From positions 107,570,001 to 107,634,000 of the forward strand of contig OX597820.1 of NCBI GenBank assembly GCA_951406725.2: 64,000 nt of DNA, in the 5' to 3' direction. The notes under the pieces were generated by a model. It did no database searches, was not told where the DNA came from, and was given only the letters and a program-made list of their open reading frames with translations. Below, in pieces: positions 24,237 through 36,783 of the stretch (position 1 is its first letter; the number at the start of each line of letters is the position of its first letter). A program made the position numbers and the translations under genes. The DNA comes from Octopus vulgaris. Taxonomy: Eukaryota.

Positions 24237-27200
24237 TACCAGCAAAACTTTCCGTACCACTAAACCAAGAAGGTTCTTTGAATATGTACAATGTATTTTA
24301 AGGTTAAATAGTAATTCCGTTTACATTTGTGTAGCAAATATTTTGGTTGGATTATATAGTCATTGGTATTACATTATTACTTTCTATATTCTGTAACTGT
24401 CACAAATACTTTTCTAGGCCTGAAATTAGATCAACCCCAGTACACAACTGGTATTTAATTTATCGACCCTGAAAGGACAAAAAGCAAAGTTGACCTCAGA
24501 ATGAAAAGAAACGGTCATAATATACAAACATTACACTGTTTATAGATGCCTACATTTTTTTTGTTTTCCGTGAATTTTTCAAGGGGCCAACTAGTTAAAC
24601 TATTATTATTATTATTGATTATAATTCTGAATGTGACTCATTTTCAATGTTGCTTTCAGGAGACTGAGAGTGGGATATCATGGATAATCTGATAAATACT
24701 TCTTTCGAATACATAAAATCAATTTTCAAATTCAAAACTATAAAATAAATGCAACAAAACTTGAACTGTTTAGACTTATAAAACATTAATCTGTTATCAT
24801 CTACATTGTCTTATCACCCTCGTCACCACTACCATATGCTCACCTAAGTTGGTGCATTTTAACCAGTTGGTGGCACACCAGTGCATTTCCCTCTCTTGCT
24901 TTGACTGACCCTTTAGTTATTGGTGAGACAGCTTTCTTCACATTTAAAGCACTATATCCTAACTTGCCATGACCTCAATCTTAGTTCTCAATTACCACCC
25001 ACCATACATTCAATAAGAAAACAATTATAGGTTTTGATTACACTTCCATTATCATCTCACAATATTTCTTACCTTGACATTTAAGACCCTATTCACAAAT
25101 AAGTGTTAAATGGTTACCATTCATGATGGCAAAGATAAGGGAGTGGGGATGTGTGTGTGTAGTGGGATATTGAAATAATGATGCACAACAATTAGAAAAA
25201 ACACAAACATTTACCTAAAATTCCTGTTTGAAGCCAATTAACTACCAATATATATTTCTTTGTCTAAGAAAACTTTAATGAAGGCAATGAAATATGTCGC
25301 AAATAAAATTTAGTACAAAGGCAGCTCATCACCTTTGAGTCGTAGGAATCAATCTACCGCTCAGGTTTTAGGTTAGTGATTTAAGGCTGACATTTACTGG
25401 AACACAGCTTATTTATAGTATAGATGAGAGCCCTATATCCTAGAATATAGAATGGATTCAACCTTGTAAAAAAACAGAAAAAACACTTCAAATTTTTTTC
25501 TCTTCTTTCATTTAAAACACCAAACATATTTTAACATTTTGTATCATTCAGGAATTCAAGATATTCTCAAATCATATTTTCTCTGCTAAAAAACTAAAAT
25601 AGCACATTCTTGAAGTAAAGATTAAGTTTTTCATATCTGTACGATTTTCTGCTCTTCGAAATGTAACGGAAAAGATTTTCAGGATTTATAAGTAAAATGT
25701 AGTTTTAACACATCCATCAACTCTCTCGCATGATATACACACATCTAAATAGATTTGATGATTAAGATAGACAAAGAGACAGAACATGTCTTCATTATGT
25801 AGTATGAAAAATATTTCAACATTACTGCCAAAATAAAATAACTATGATTATAGCAATTATGCCTAACACAAGTTTAAAAATTCAAGTTACACAAATATTC
25901 CAAAAATTGAATAGGTAAGGAATATTACAAATATAGATGTGTCTATCCAAAGTAGATACAGAATTTCCAAAAATATTAAATAGTGTATTAAATTAAATAG
26001 AAAAAAAGGCTAGATATTTCTACTTTCAAGCTTTGGGCATGTATAATAAAGTTAACCCTTGGCAGAAGGTAGGGATAGATTTACTTATACTTCTTGATAA
26101 TAAACACTCCACTTACCATTCATGTTCTTGAGACATCAATGCCATATGGTCATATTTTCTTGCACCTATTAACCAACTAATACTTCGTACCTTTGTAAGA
26201 AATCAAGGCTATGAAATTTAAGAGGGAGGGATGCATTAATTTGACATTGGAAAATTTCCCAGAAGTGCTTTCAGTATGAAGAACATATATTAAGTGCAGG
26301 CTAACATAATGTTGTCAGTCAAAAAAAACTTTTAATCAATAAAAATTAATTTATAATAAAAAAAAACAAAGCAAGAATGACAATTCTGTTTAAAAAAAAA
26401 AGGTAAGGGGCAAAACTCTGAAATTTAAACTAGTTAAAAATTGAAGCTTTTAACCAATATAATTAAGTTGGGGATTTTGATTTTTGATAGTTAGTGACAA
26501 TTCTGAATATGTTTCAATCTTATCAGACTTTTCACATGTAATACCAGACTTTAGAATAATCTTTATAGGATAGCAAATATATCTTTGTATGATAATTTTT
26601 CATTAAGGCTAATATAGATATAAAACTTTATAAACAACTTAAAAGAAAATATAACGCTTCATCTAAATGAACAAAGTAAGCAGTTGAAGTTAATATAGCA
26701 ACAAAATAATGGCTTCCTACATACACCTCAAGATATATAGGATAAGATGAGAGGTTAAGAGTAATTCTGCAACCTAAAAAAACTAAGAATTGGAACTGGA
26801 TTAACCAGACAAACAGCTAAAGAATCAGAAGTTCAAATCCAATGCAGGAATTTTGTAGTGAGTCTGCAGATTATTTTAATTATACATGTCTTATTTCAAC
26901 CAGTTAACAAAAATATGTACCAGATTTTCTGGGAACATTTATCCCCAAATGGAAAATATAGGAGACAACCACTCCATGCACACTCTACAAGAACTGGATC
27001 ACCAGAAACTTCTTTAAATTAACAGTATGTACACATCATTATAATGTTAAGAGATACACATTGTTATATCAGCAACAGGATACTTTAGTGAGGAGTATGG
27101 TTCTGGTATCTTGTTGACTATTAATTGAAGAATTCATTAGTAAAAATATTAGAATTTAAGGACTTTTTTTATAGGACCTTTAAGAAAATTTTAAGATAGA

Positions 27201-29265
27201 ATAAAATAGTATTGAATTGGGAAGTCATTGCCTCTCTATAAGAAGTAAGCATAGGAAATCAACTGTCAATGTGTTTAAAAGACAGATGGTTATGCATGAC
27301 ATGCTGATATGAAAAGAAACCAAGTATTTCTGAACCAAAGTTTACCAATAAAAAACATGTTATTTTCATACAATTTGATAAATTTTAAAGAGAGAGAAAA
27401 AAAAAAAAAAATCCACACACTGCACAAATGCAATATACCTTTCTTTTCAATACAGCCCTATAGCCAGATTGTTAGTACTTTAGCTACAAACAAATGAACC
27501 ATATAATATTTTCATTTCAAATATATTTTTGACAAACAGACAGACAAACATTAGTTATATGCCTAATTACTGAACTGAATATTTGGATGTAAATATTAGC
27601 ATCAATCACCTTGAGAAAGAAAGCTTTCAGAATCTAAAAGATATATTATTTTTTGTTTATATCATTTCAACCCTTTCAAGACCAGAGCAGTCAGCAGTAA
27701 CCCATATTAGAATGGTTGCAAAAACCACTTGAAACATTTCACGCAATCTCAAAATATTTTTACACTCCTTTAATGTTATCCGACAAGATTTGCATCCAAG
27801 ACAACATGGTTATGTGTATATAGCAGCCATTAAAACAAGTTTCCAGTAATTGTACATTTAAAAAAAAAACATTAATAGGGATATCAAAATGATTATATAG
27901 GCATCAGTTTTTTGTTTGTTTTTTCCTCAATCTGTGGAATATTGATGTGTTGCAAAAGTTTTGATACCAATATTGCTATTTAGATTGCATTTGTTTTGAG
28001 GGGAGGGGCAATTCTGAAAATGTCAAATAGATCATACACAGGAGATGAAAAAAACTGAAGACACCAAACAACAATAACAAATTTCTAAAGATAATAAATG
28101 AAAGGGAAATTTAAAATTTGAAAAAGGCCACATCAATATGACTGTCAGAAACTCTTTCTAGGTTATGGAGAACTTTGATCTTCATAAGTACACTTTAAAG
28201 CTCTATCCTGACTTATTGCACACTTTTGATTGTTCAATTTATGACAGCCTTGAGAAAAGCTGAAGGAAAGATATAGAGGGGTTATGATAGACATTGTGCT
28301 TTATTTTTTTTATCAAAATTTATGAAAGTTTAGTTATTAAGCAAAACATTTTCACTTTCTTTTCATTGGTGCCCCACACTCGAAAAGAAAACAATATTTC
28401 TTCTTTAGAATTTGAAAATTGCACACTGAATTAAAATAAGGACTAGATTGCTTTTAATTAGTCACACAGAAAAAGGGAGGGAGTAAGCTTGCTCACCACT
28501 GACTCTGGGGCTAACAAGGAAATGTTTACAGGATTGTCACTGCTAGCTAGCATGAAACTGGATCCTTTAAACATTAATAAATAATATAGTTTTAATGTAA
28601 TTAAATTAAAAAGAACCACAGCTTATTTTAACTAATTTCTTCTTAAATAGATCTATCAATAATTAGAATAAGTCAGCTGAACACATGGTTTGTTGAAAAG
28701 AGAGCATCAGGTGTAAAAGATGTAAATTATCACCTTGGATAATCACTACAATCTCAATACAAGCACCTGACACCCACAGACATTGTGTGCAACTATCGTA
28801 AGTTGTCACCCCTCCAATGATCGAAATAGAACTGATTAATTCTTTCACTTTCAAACAAGTATAACTAGATTCCAAAATTGTGAAGGAATTTCATGAAAAC
28901 TAGGAGACAAAGTCCTGTGAAGAGTTAAGGATATATCCATATTTAAATATATGAATTACATTTTTGTGTATGAAATCAACAGCGAATTAATGTTTTTTTT
29001 AAAAAATAGTTTGTTTTTTTTCTTCTTCAATTCACAAGTATAGGAAGAGTTATTTACCAGATTACAGTGTGGATTATGAATAAATAGTCATATCCATATG
29101 TATTTAGGCCACTGTGAAATTAGGTCTCTACGAGGGTTACCCTATTTTTGAGGACTGCATGTTTTAATTTGGGCTACATACTACTTTAAAATTTTAATTT
29201 CTTAAAGCTTAGAATTTTATTGAATATCATTCAATGAGAACCAACCGACAGGTAATCCATTATTA

Positions 29266-30427
29266 GGCAGAGGTAAAGGACATGGACCACACCCCCTTTT
29301 AGTTTTTTTTTTTTTTTTCCCTACAGAAACCCATCTTTTTGACTGCAGAGATCCTGAATCTGCAAAAAAAAATCAGCATTTCAAAATTTTAATTTGGAAT
29401 TAAGAGAAGTATGTAAAAATTAGTTCTTTTTGCACACACACAACAAAAAGACATTTAAAATTTTTTTCTTTTTTTGTTAATTCGTATTTAGAAAGTGGAT
29501 CTTTGGTTTGGCTGTTGTTTCTAGCTTGTTGGACTTTCTAGTTGGAGCGTACTTAAAAATTGAAGATTTTGAAAACCCCAAAACACGTTTTCAAAATTTT
29601 AATTTTCCTCCTCTACACCCATCTGGCAAAAAATAAAAGAGTGGGGGCAAATTAAAATCTTGAAAACGTGATTCGTCGTTTAGCTGCTGTTTCTAGTATG
29701 TCGAGTTTTCTGTTTACTTTTTATGTCTGCTATTTTAGGAGGAGGGGATATTTATTTATTTGAAAAATTGAAATTTTACAAATTTTTTTTGTCAGAATCA
29801 TCTCTGTATTTTTCTACGTATTTCGACCCAAAAAATTTCAAAAAAAAAGTGAAAGGAACTTTTCGGTTTGAACGGCAGTTTTTTCTAGCGGTGTCATATG
29901 AAATTGTCACCCATAATTATGACCCTAGTATCGATCTATTGCATTTCAATCTGTTTTAGGGTTAGGGTTGGCTAGGGGTGGGGGAAGGGTATATTTTTTT
30001 CTTCAGAAATGTAAATAAATACAATCTGTTTCTTAAACGAGGGACATATTCATACGGCACAGAATGTTTTCACTTCAATAGACGTCATTGATTGGTTGAA
30101 ATTGCAGATATTGAAGAAAAAAACCCAACAAATATCTTACAAACTATAGAATTTTCTCAATAAAGCCAAGAGGAAAAAAATGTTTTATAAACACATTCTA
30201 CCAGTATACGAAGTTTAAAAGTGTTTACTTACGTGGAAATTATTTAAAAAAACTGCCGTTCAAACCGAAAAGATCCAAGTGAAAAATTAAGGGGTGGGAT
30301 TAAAATTTTGAAATGCAGATTTTTTTTTTTTTTGCAGTTTCGGAATCTCCGCAGTCGAGAAGATGGGTTTCTGTAGAAGAAAAAAATAACCGAAAAGGGG
30401 TGCGGTCCCATGTCCTTTACCTCCGCC
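29266..30427. mobile_element. Non-autonomous TIR element with ~125-bp TIRs (Merlin-like)
   Basis: GGC(A/G)GAGGTAAAGGACATGG termini. Imperfect 9-bp TSD ccattatta / cctttgtta. Confidence 0.75.
29855..30276. mobile_element. Nested MITE with GG termini and perfect 8-bp TSD (Merlin-like), containing TTAGGG motifs
   Basis: TIR GGA(A/T)CTTTTCGGTTTGAACGGCAGTTTTTT. TSD aagtgaaa at 29847-29854 and 30277-30284. ttagggttagggtt at ~29955. Confidence 0.85.
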
Positions 30428-31328
30428 CCTTTGTTACAAACACATGAATTTACTAGTAAAATGGTCATTTTGATTTATTTTCTAACAATCTACTACTTTT
30501 GGGAAAATTTTAAACAACTTTTTATGAAACTGAACTAGCAACGACCATGAGGGGGCTTCTCGGCAGTTTGGGATGAAGAAAGAACGACTGGGAGAGAGCT
30601 ATGGAATACGAAACCAGTTATTTTGAAGTGAAAAAAAAATCTTTGTTCTGTTGTTAATTACGAAATAGACGGAATTCTAGTTAAAGCACCCCATATATAA
30701 CCCCTTATAATTCTTTTTATTTTTTGAAAATTTCTGAAAACTTTTACAAATTTGTATTCTACATATGGAAGTCAAAATCTTAGTATGTACAAAGGTCATG
30801 CGTCTGGTGCCATAAAACTTAAGAAAACTCTAACTTCCACCAGATATAAAATTACTTCACTGAAGAAAAGAAAAAAATCACTGATTTGAATGCGAGTTTT
30901 AAATCAAGGTTTATATATTCTTAGAAGACGAATAATTTAATTTAAAAAGTTCATTCAAATTTTGTACACTGTCGGTGGCTCAAAAGAACTAACGGTCCCC
31001 AAACATTACTGGGCCTACAAAATTTAATCAAGGACAAAAATTATCGTGAAATGTATAGACTCGAAGTCATCGCTATTTAGTTTATCTTTTCCATTTTTTT
31101 TTCTTTTGAAAATAGAAGGAAAAGTCAGCAAGCTTTTAGTTTACCAATGGAGAAAGATTTAAATGTTGAATGCGATTATATTTATAGAAGATGTAAGAAT
31201 AAAAGATAAATGAAGATAGGAGGTATATAACACTGGAAATGAGCAAACTAAACATAGAGAGTTTGCATCATTATAATAGGTGGGTATTGGAATACCATTA
31301 TTTCATTGGTATTGTTGTTAATTTGTTT

Positions 31329-31416
31329 GGTGATGGTAAAGAATACGCACACCACCCATTTTCGGCGTAACCCTAACCGCCGAAAACGAGTGGTGTGTGT
31401 ATTCTTTACCTCCGCC
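31329..31416. mobile_element. 88-bp fold-back MITE with 8-bp TSD (Merlin-like)
   Basis: Arms of ~39 bp around the loop taaccctaac. TSD atttgttt at 31321-31328 and 31417-31424. The terminus GGCGGAGGTAAAG is shared with 29266-30427. Confidence 0.85.
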
Positions 31417-32483
31417 ATTTGTTTTCCATAAACAGCAGTTATAATTATATGGAGTCAATGAACGAAAATAATTGTTCGAAAACAGCAAAAAAAAAAAAAA
31501 AATTAATGTATTCCAGGTAACTCTCCATTTTTAATATTAATTACTTGAGAGGTATATTTATAGATTAAATTATAATGAGTTGGACTTCGACATATTCAGG
31601 CGTACACAAGAGATATATTTCATGACCTCCCTCTAAGTCATAATTTATGCATGCATAAATGCAGAAAATATTGAGAACATATGAAAGTAATAAATAAAAA
31701 TAAAAAGTTTGTTGCTAATCTTTAAATACGGACATAGAAGTTTTTTTTTGTTGCATTCGAATAGGTTTGCATTCATAGACTTTGTAGTATAATTTATTTA
31801 CTGAAATATGTTGCTGTTCCCTATAAGCAATATTTCAAGAATCTAAAATTCTCAATAAAAGTTGACATAACTGACTGAATTACTTTAAAAAATTGCTAAA
31901 AAGTTACTTTTCTTGCTAAATGTGGGTGGGGAAAGAAAAAACATTTTTAACCGGAAGTAAGGAAATATATTGAAAGTGCGGGAAATTATCTGCCCTTGGC
32001 TACTACACAGGGGAGGGTGACATGGCATTTTAACTACATTCCACCACTTGTAGAAAACAAGGCAGTAGAAGGAAGAAAAATAATTTAACTATAATAACGG
32101 CAAAGCTTTTCAGTTTTTTTCATCCCTCGATATTTCTTCTATATCATCATTTACAGAGTAATACACCCCGTTAATTTATGAATGCAATTCGTGATTTAAA
32201 AGCATACCCACCCACATATATATGTTTTATATAATATATATATATATATATATAAACACATGCATACTAAGCAAAATATCACTTTGCAGTAAGATTGTCT
32301 GAATTTTGTTTCAAGGCTATTTTTAAAACATTGCTGACGATAATAGATAAAAAAAAAAGTGAATGGTGTTAACATTCCTTCTACCTTTCATAAAAATCTG
32401 AAACTGAGAACATTTTATATGAACAAGATTTTAAAAAATGAGAGAGAATGCCAGTCAGCCTGTCAACGATAAGCCAAACAGAA

Positions 32484-35111
32484 CTAATCAACATACTCTA
32501 CATAATTCTCAGGTATAAGCCCTGTCACACCATCCAATGTCCCTTCTAACCAACAAGCTTCCTGCGATGGTTTCACCTGATAGATGAATTGGTTGGCATG
32601 AAAAGACAACTCAGAATCATTTTCTGCCTGGCAGTTGTAAAGAGTTCGAACAGTACGTAAACGCTGTTCAGTCATAGACTTAGACATGGCAGAAGATGAA
32701 TCTGGAAGGAGCCCAACGTTGCTGCTAGTCGTGCCACTGTGCATCGACGAACGTAAAGCACCTCCCCCAACACTCAAGCCGCCGCTGCCTCCTCCTCCAC
32801 CACCAGCATACGACTCAGTGGCGTTACGCCTTTTAATACTGCCAAACGTCCCAATATCGCCAAGAGTCTGAATCTTGGATCCAGAGAAAGCAGATGCTGG
32901 GGCACTTGTAAACATTGCAGGCATAATAGGGCCTCTGCGATTAGAATCCAATTGAGGCGAAGGGTTTGTCGAAGGGGATTTGTAAGAATTCAAGGATTCT
33001 GAACTCCCGCTGGTACTGCTACCACGACTGGGATCGTGACCCGTCATATGAACTCCACCAATAGCAGCACCAACTTGACTCAGATGACCGTGTCCAATAC
33101 CCTGTTGTCTAGTTTTTGGTAAATTATGCGATCGCATCACAACAGGAGCTGCATATTTTGGAGAGCCATGTTCAGAAAAGGGTCCACTTTTAGGCAAACC
33201 AGGACTTGAATTAACAGTTGATGATACATTGCTATAGTGTGTCGCAGGAACAGGAGATGGAGGTATTCCATGACTAGAGGCACCTGAAGGCAAAGCTTGA
33301 TTTTCCAAGCTTTTCTTTGTGGTAGTTGTACTCTCAGCAGGTGACAGTTTACAATCCTCCAGATCATCTAAAAGTCCAATATCTACAGGTGTCTGTTTGA
33401 AAATCTCTTCATAGTTTCCTATTAAAATTTCAATGACGATATTGCAAAATTTAATATCCATTATAGCGGCCACAGTCTCTTCTTCGGGCCGCATTAGAGT
33501 TGGCCCGAAACACACGCCGAGGTTGGCAACAGTCATAAGGTTGATATCACTCTTATCAGAAACTCTTTTTAGGTGACTACATAGCAAATCTAACATTTTG
33601 AAGTTCTTTTGAGGCAGCTTATGTACAAGACTATGTATATCATGAAATCGCAAAAGTTTAGACTCACGTTTGGCAGCAGTGATAAAATTCTCGTGCAAAC
33701 GGAAGGTCATCAAAGGTTCCGGTAAAGATCTAAGATAATGTTTAATGGAGCTGGTGATTGTTTTCACTTCCCAGGTTCCAGCGTCATCTAAGCAAAGCTT
33801 ATCAACTTTTCGACGATCAAGTCCCATGTTAACAAGTCGGTTTACTTTCGAGTTGACACCAACCAATCTATAGAGACCCTGGTCCGTCAGGCCTTTTCTC
33901 TCTATAGAACCGATACATTTATTGATAAACTGAAACCCAATGTTATCCAAAATATAGGTCTCTTCAGACGTTTTGTTGGGAGTTTGATAGGTAGGTTCTT
34001 TTCCATCCATAGCATCGAGCCATAGGTGTCGATCATCTTCGGACAATGCTTGGAATGTAAAGATTACAGTTGGCTTGTCAGAAATAGTTATATCAAAACA
34101 AAATCGTTTATCAATGGAATCAGATGCTCTCCTTATACAAGACATAAGAGTTCCTGTTTCTGGTTGACTGAGTTTGCCAACCATTTGATTATAGGGAATC
34201 ATAGAGAAAGTTTTGTGTTCCTTGAAATAGCGACAGTAGCATTTCGTCCAGTTAGTACCGAGAGCTTTTTTCTCCATGAGAAAGAGATAACCCTGTCGAC
34301 TACAATCCTTAGGGGCCAGAGTAAACTCACCACGAGAACCTCTGGTCTCTAACATTTTATTCATCAAAAGTTCCGCTTCATCCCTAGTACTATTAAAGTT
34401 CTCTCGCGTGTTCTGCAATCGTAGCTGCAGGTCACTCATGTTAGTTTTAAATTCTCTAGCCACTTCATGGCCCTGATGGTAAACAGTTAACCAATTAGAT
34501 ATAAATGTAAGAATAATTTCGACAAAATCAAATTTTTTTTTCTCTTGCACTTCTTGTAATAAAAGAACATATTTCATGGATGCTTGGTAAAAATGCTTAC
34601 CTTCCAAAACAAGAGCTGCATCAGCCTCTTGGAATGTAGTGTCGTTAGTTTTAGGTTTCAAGTTGAGATAGCGCTCTTGTGAAGCACAAAATTTAGATGT
34701 TTGTTTTTCAAACTGTTTCTTTTCTTCTTTAGCTTTTCCAATGTTTTCTTTACGGAACCTTTCCAAAGGGGCCAAAAACATATCTTTTGCTTTATCTAGC
34801 ATTCTTTCAAATACTTCCTCAATTGCTAAGAAACAATCTCCAAACTCCTTGAGAGAAGCTGCAATTACTACTTCATCATCAGTTTGTTGATTTCCTATTG
34901 TTTCAAATCGAAATTCCTGCAGATTTTGTGAAAAAGCTTTCTGGGCTTTCGACAGATTTCTCGCAGCGTTAATGAGTTCCTTTCCGCAAGCTATCAAGCT
35001 TTTGATAGATTTGCTTGTTCTTTCCAATTCTTTTTCATGCTCGTGTAAATTCTCTCGAAAATACGGACTATCTGTTAAACATTCCGCGAATTCCAGCGGT
35101 CGCAGCCCCAT
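32484..35111 (-). CDS. Graf: GRAF-family Rho GTPase-activating protein (ARHGAP26/ARHGAP10/oligophrenin-like; BAR-PH-RhoGAP-SH3), single coding exon, 875 aa
   Basis: N-terminus MGLRPLEFAECLTDSPYFRENLHEHEKELERT (GRAF BAR); PH domain RQGYLFLMEKKALGTNW...IDKRFCFDI; RhoGAP GLYRLVGV...LRSLPEPL...NLMTVANLGVCFGPTLMRP; Ser/Pro/Gly-rich linker; C-terminal SH3 RTLYNC..DSELSF..WLEG..GLIPENYV. No stops or frameshifts. Confidence 0.97.
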   Translation of the reverse strand: MGLRPLEFAECLTDSPYFRENLHEHEKELERTSKSIKSLIACGKELINAARNLSKAQKAFSQNLQEFRFETIGNQQTDDEVVIAASLKEFGDCFLAIEEVFERMLDKAKDMFLAPLERFRKENIGKAKEEKKQFEKQTSKFCASQERYLNLKPKTNDTTFQEADAALVLEGKHFYQASMKYVLLLQEVQEKKKFDFVEIILTFISNWLTVYHQGHEVAREFKTNMSDLQLRLQNTRENFNSTRDEAELLMNKMLETRGSRGEFTLAPKDCSRQGYLFLMEKKALGTNWTKCYCRYFKEHKTFSMIPYNQMVGKLSQPETGTLMSCIRRASDSIDKRFCFDITISDKPTVIFTFQALSEDDRHLWLDAMDGKEPTYQTPNKTSEETYILDNIGFQFINKCIGSIERKGLTDQGLYRLVGVNSKVNRLVNMGLDRRKVDKLCLDDAGTWEVKTITSSIKHYLRSLPEPLMTFRLHENFITAAKRESKLLRFHDIHSLVHKLPQKNFKMLDLLCSHLKRVSDKSDINLMTVANLGVCFGPTLMRPEEETVAAIMDIKFCNIVIEILIGNYEEIFKQTPVDIGLLDDLEDCKLSPAESTTTTKKSLENQALPSGASSHGIPPSPVPATHYSNVSSTVNSSPGLPKSGPFSEHGSPKYAAPVVMRSHNLPKTRQQGIGHGHLSQVGAAIGGVHMTGHDPSRGSSTSGSSESLNSYKSPSTNPSPQLDSNRRGPIMPAMFTSAPASAFSGSKIQTLGDIGTFGSIKRRNATESYAGGGGGGSGGLSVGGGALRSSMHSGTTSSNVGLLPDSSSAMSKSMTEQRLRTVRTLYNCQAENDSELSFHANQFIYQVKPSQEACWLEGTLDGVTGLIPENYVEYVD

Positions 35112-35146
35112 GATTAATTTCGAACGTCTCCAATGAACGGCAATCT

Positions 35147-35290
35147 TTACACACCCACTGCAAGCACAGCAATCATGGCGGTGTTAATGCTAAAGCAGCG
35201 ATCTTTGAGCACCCCTAGTGACATTCTCGGAAGCAAAATGATTGTCTCCCCTTTGATTACGTCCCACAACACCTGACTCGTTCCATTCAT
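35147..35290 (-). promoter_or_regulatory. Candidate upstream ORF (47 codons) in the presumed 5' leader of the GRAF gene
   Basis: In-frame ATGs at 35290, 35224 and 35176 (the last in context ACCGCCATG), and TAA at 35149-35147. Whether this region is transcribed is not shown. Confidence 0.4.
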
Positions 35291-36024
35291 TTACTCTGCA
35301 ATCTTTCAATTACTATGTTGCTAAAGCAAATAATGCATTCATTCCACATATGCGGATAAATCGATTGTTTTAATTATCTGTTTCGTTTCGTCAAATCGAT
35401 ATTTTCAGAAGATGGGGGGGGATTTTTTTTGTTTGTTGTGATTTTGGTTTAGTGATTTTCATTTTAAATATATGGAAAGCAGCAAAGCTCTGCGTCGTGG
35501 TAGCAATTCTGACACTATCTTCATCATTGACGATAGTTCCTGCTACACATCAGTACCGCTATATCTACAAAGACCGCACTAGGATTACTAGATAAACGTC
35601 TGTTAATTAGACCATCTGGTGTGTGTTGATGTCAAAATCAAAGAGAAATGACAGCATTGTAACTAGAATCTGAACAGCTGGAATAAATTTAGATTAACGG
35701 CTGTTGGACGGAAGAAATTCCAGTTCATTTCGACTGAAAACTTAGCTTTCAACCAGGCAAGCGATGGATCACCCTATTTACATAATGTTTCTGATTGCTT
35801 ATGTAATGTATTGATATTTGAATTATGATGAATTGATTAATTGATTGATACTCGGAGCTTTAGAAAAACTGTAGTATAGGAACATATATTTATTTTTATT
35901 GATAAATGAAGTTTGCTAAGCAAGTTAATATATGTATACGTCTTCGGATTCGTCCACTATATCTGTGATTGGGACGATAACCTTGAGAACGTACTGCATT
36001 ATATATGCGTACATTATATATATA

Positions 36025-36029
<5 letters not shown>

Positions 36030-36098
<69 letters not shown>
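36030..36098. repeat. Long (TA)n microsatellite, representative of many in the window
   Basis: Direct reading. Similar tracts at ~900-940, 1071-1110, 1250-1365, 6197-6295, 7650-7980, 20470-20530 and 55041-55062. Confidence 0.95.
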
Positions 36099-36101
<3 letters not shown>

Positions 36102-36193
36102 AATAATAATAATTAGGGTAAAATTAATTAATTAGTAATTAATAATTTTACCAAGCAGTGTTCAGTATGTAAAAAGACCATTTACGGTATATT

Positions 36194-36239
36194 TAAAACA
36201 TTACTTTATATAATTCTAATTATATAAAGTAATGTTTTA
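36194..36239. repeat. Perfect 22-bp inverted repeat with 2-nt spacer
   Basis: taaaacattactttatataatt-ct-aattatataaagtaatgtttta. Confidence 0.9.
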
Positions 36240-36783
36240 TATATATATATATATATATAATCCTATATAGATTAATTTAGAGAATAAGGTAGTTATTAAT
36301 GTCATTAACAATGAAATATTTGATTTATGATATGTTGGTAAACCGTTCATGATACCATGTTGCACATTTTCCTTCTTGACTAAAAGCTGGTTTTTATATG
36401 TATAACTATAAAATAAGTCTTATGAGTTCAGTGAGTGGACAAATGAAAGAAAAAGGCACTCAACATACTTAGTAAGAGTTACATATAATAATAATTTATA
36501 CAATGTGTATGTGTAAATAAGGTATATTTGTGTATGTAAATATATATGTGTGTGTGTGTGTGCGCGCACACACACACACATCTATGACGTTGATTTTCAA
36601 AAGCAATGAATCACAGGTCAGTGTCCATGTCATTTAATTACACTCCCTTATTTCTGAGTTCAAATTCTCCTGAAGTCAACTTTTCTTTTCAGCAGCCTTC
36701 TGAGATAAATTAAATAAACTACCTGTCATATAGTGGAGTCAATTTAATATTCTTGTGAAATGCTTTAGATGTGAATGGAATTA

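Noticed and set aside
28663-28875. 70-aa minus-strand ORF in the repeat-poor region
   Set aside because: No homology that I recognise, and the length is compatible with chance.
35730-35780. TAAATA plus TCAGTC as a TATA/Inr promoter for GRAF
   Set aside because: The spacing is ~45 nt rather than ~30, and such motifs are common in AT-rich DNA.
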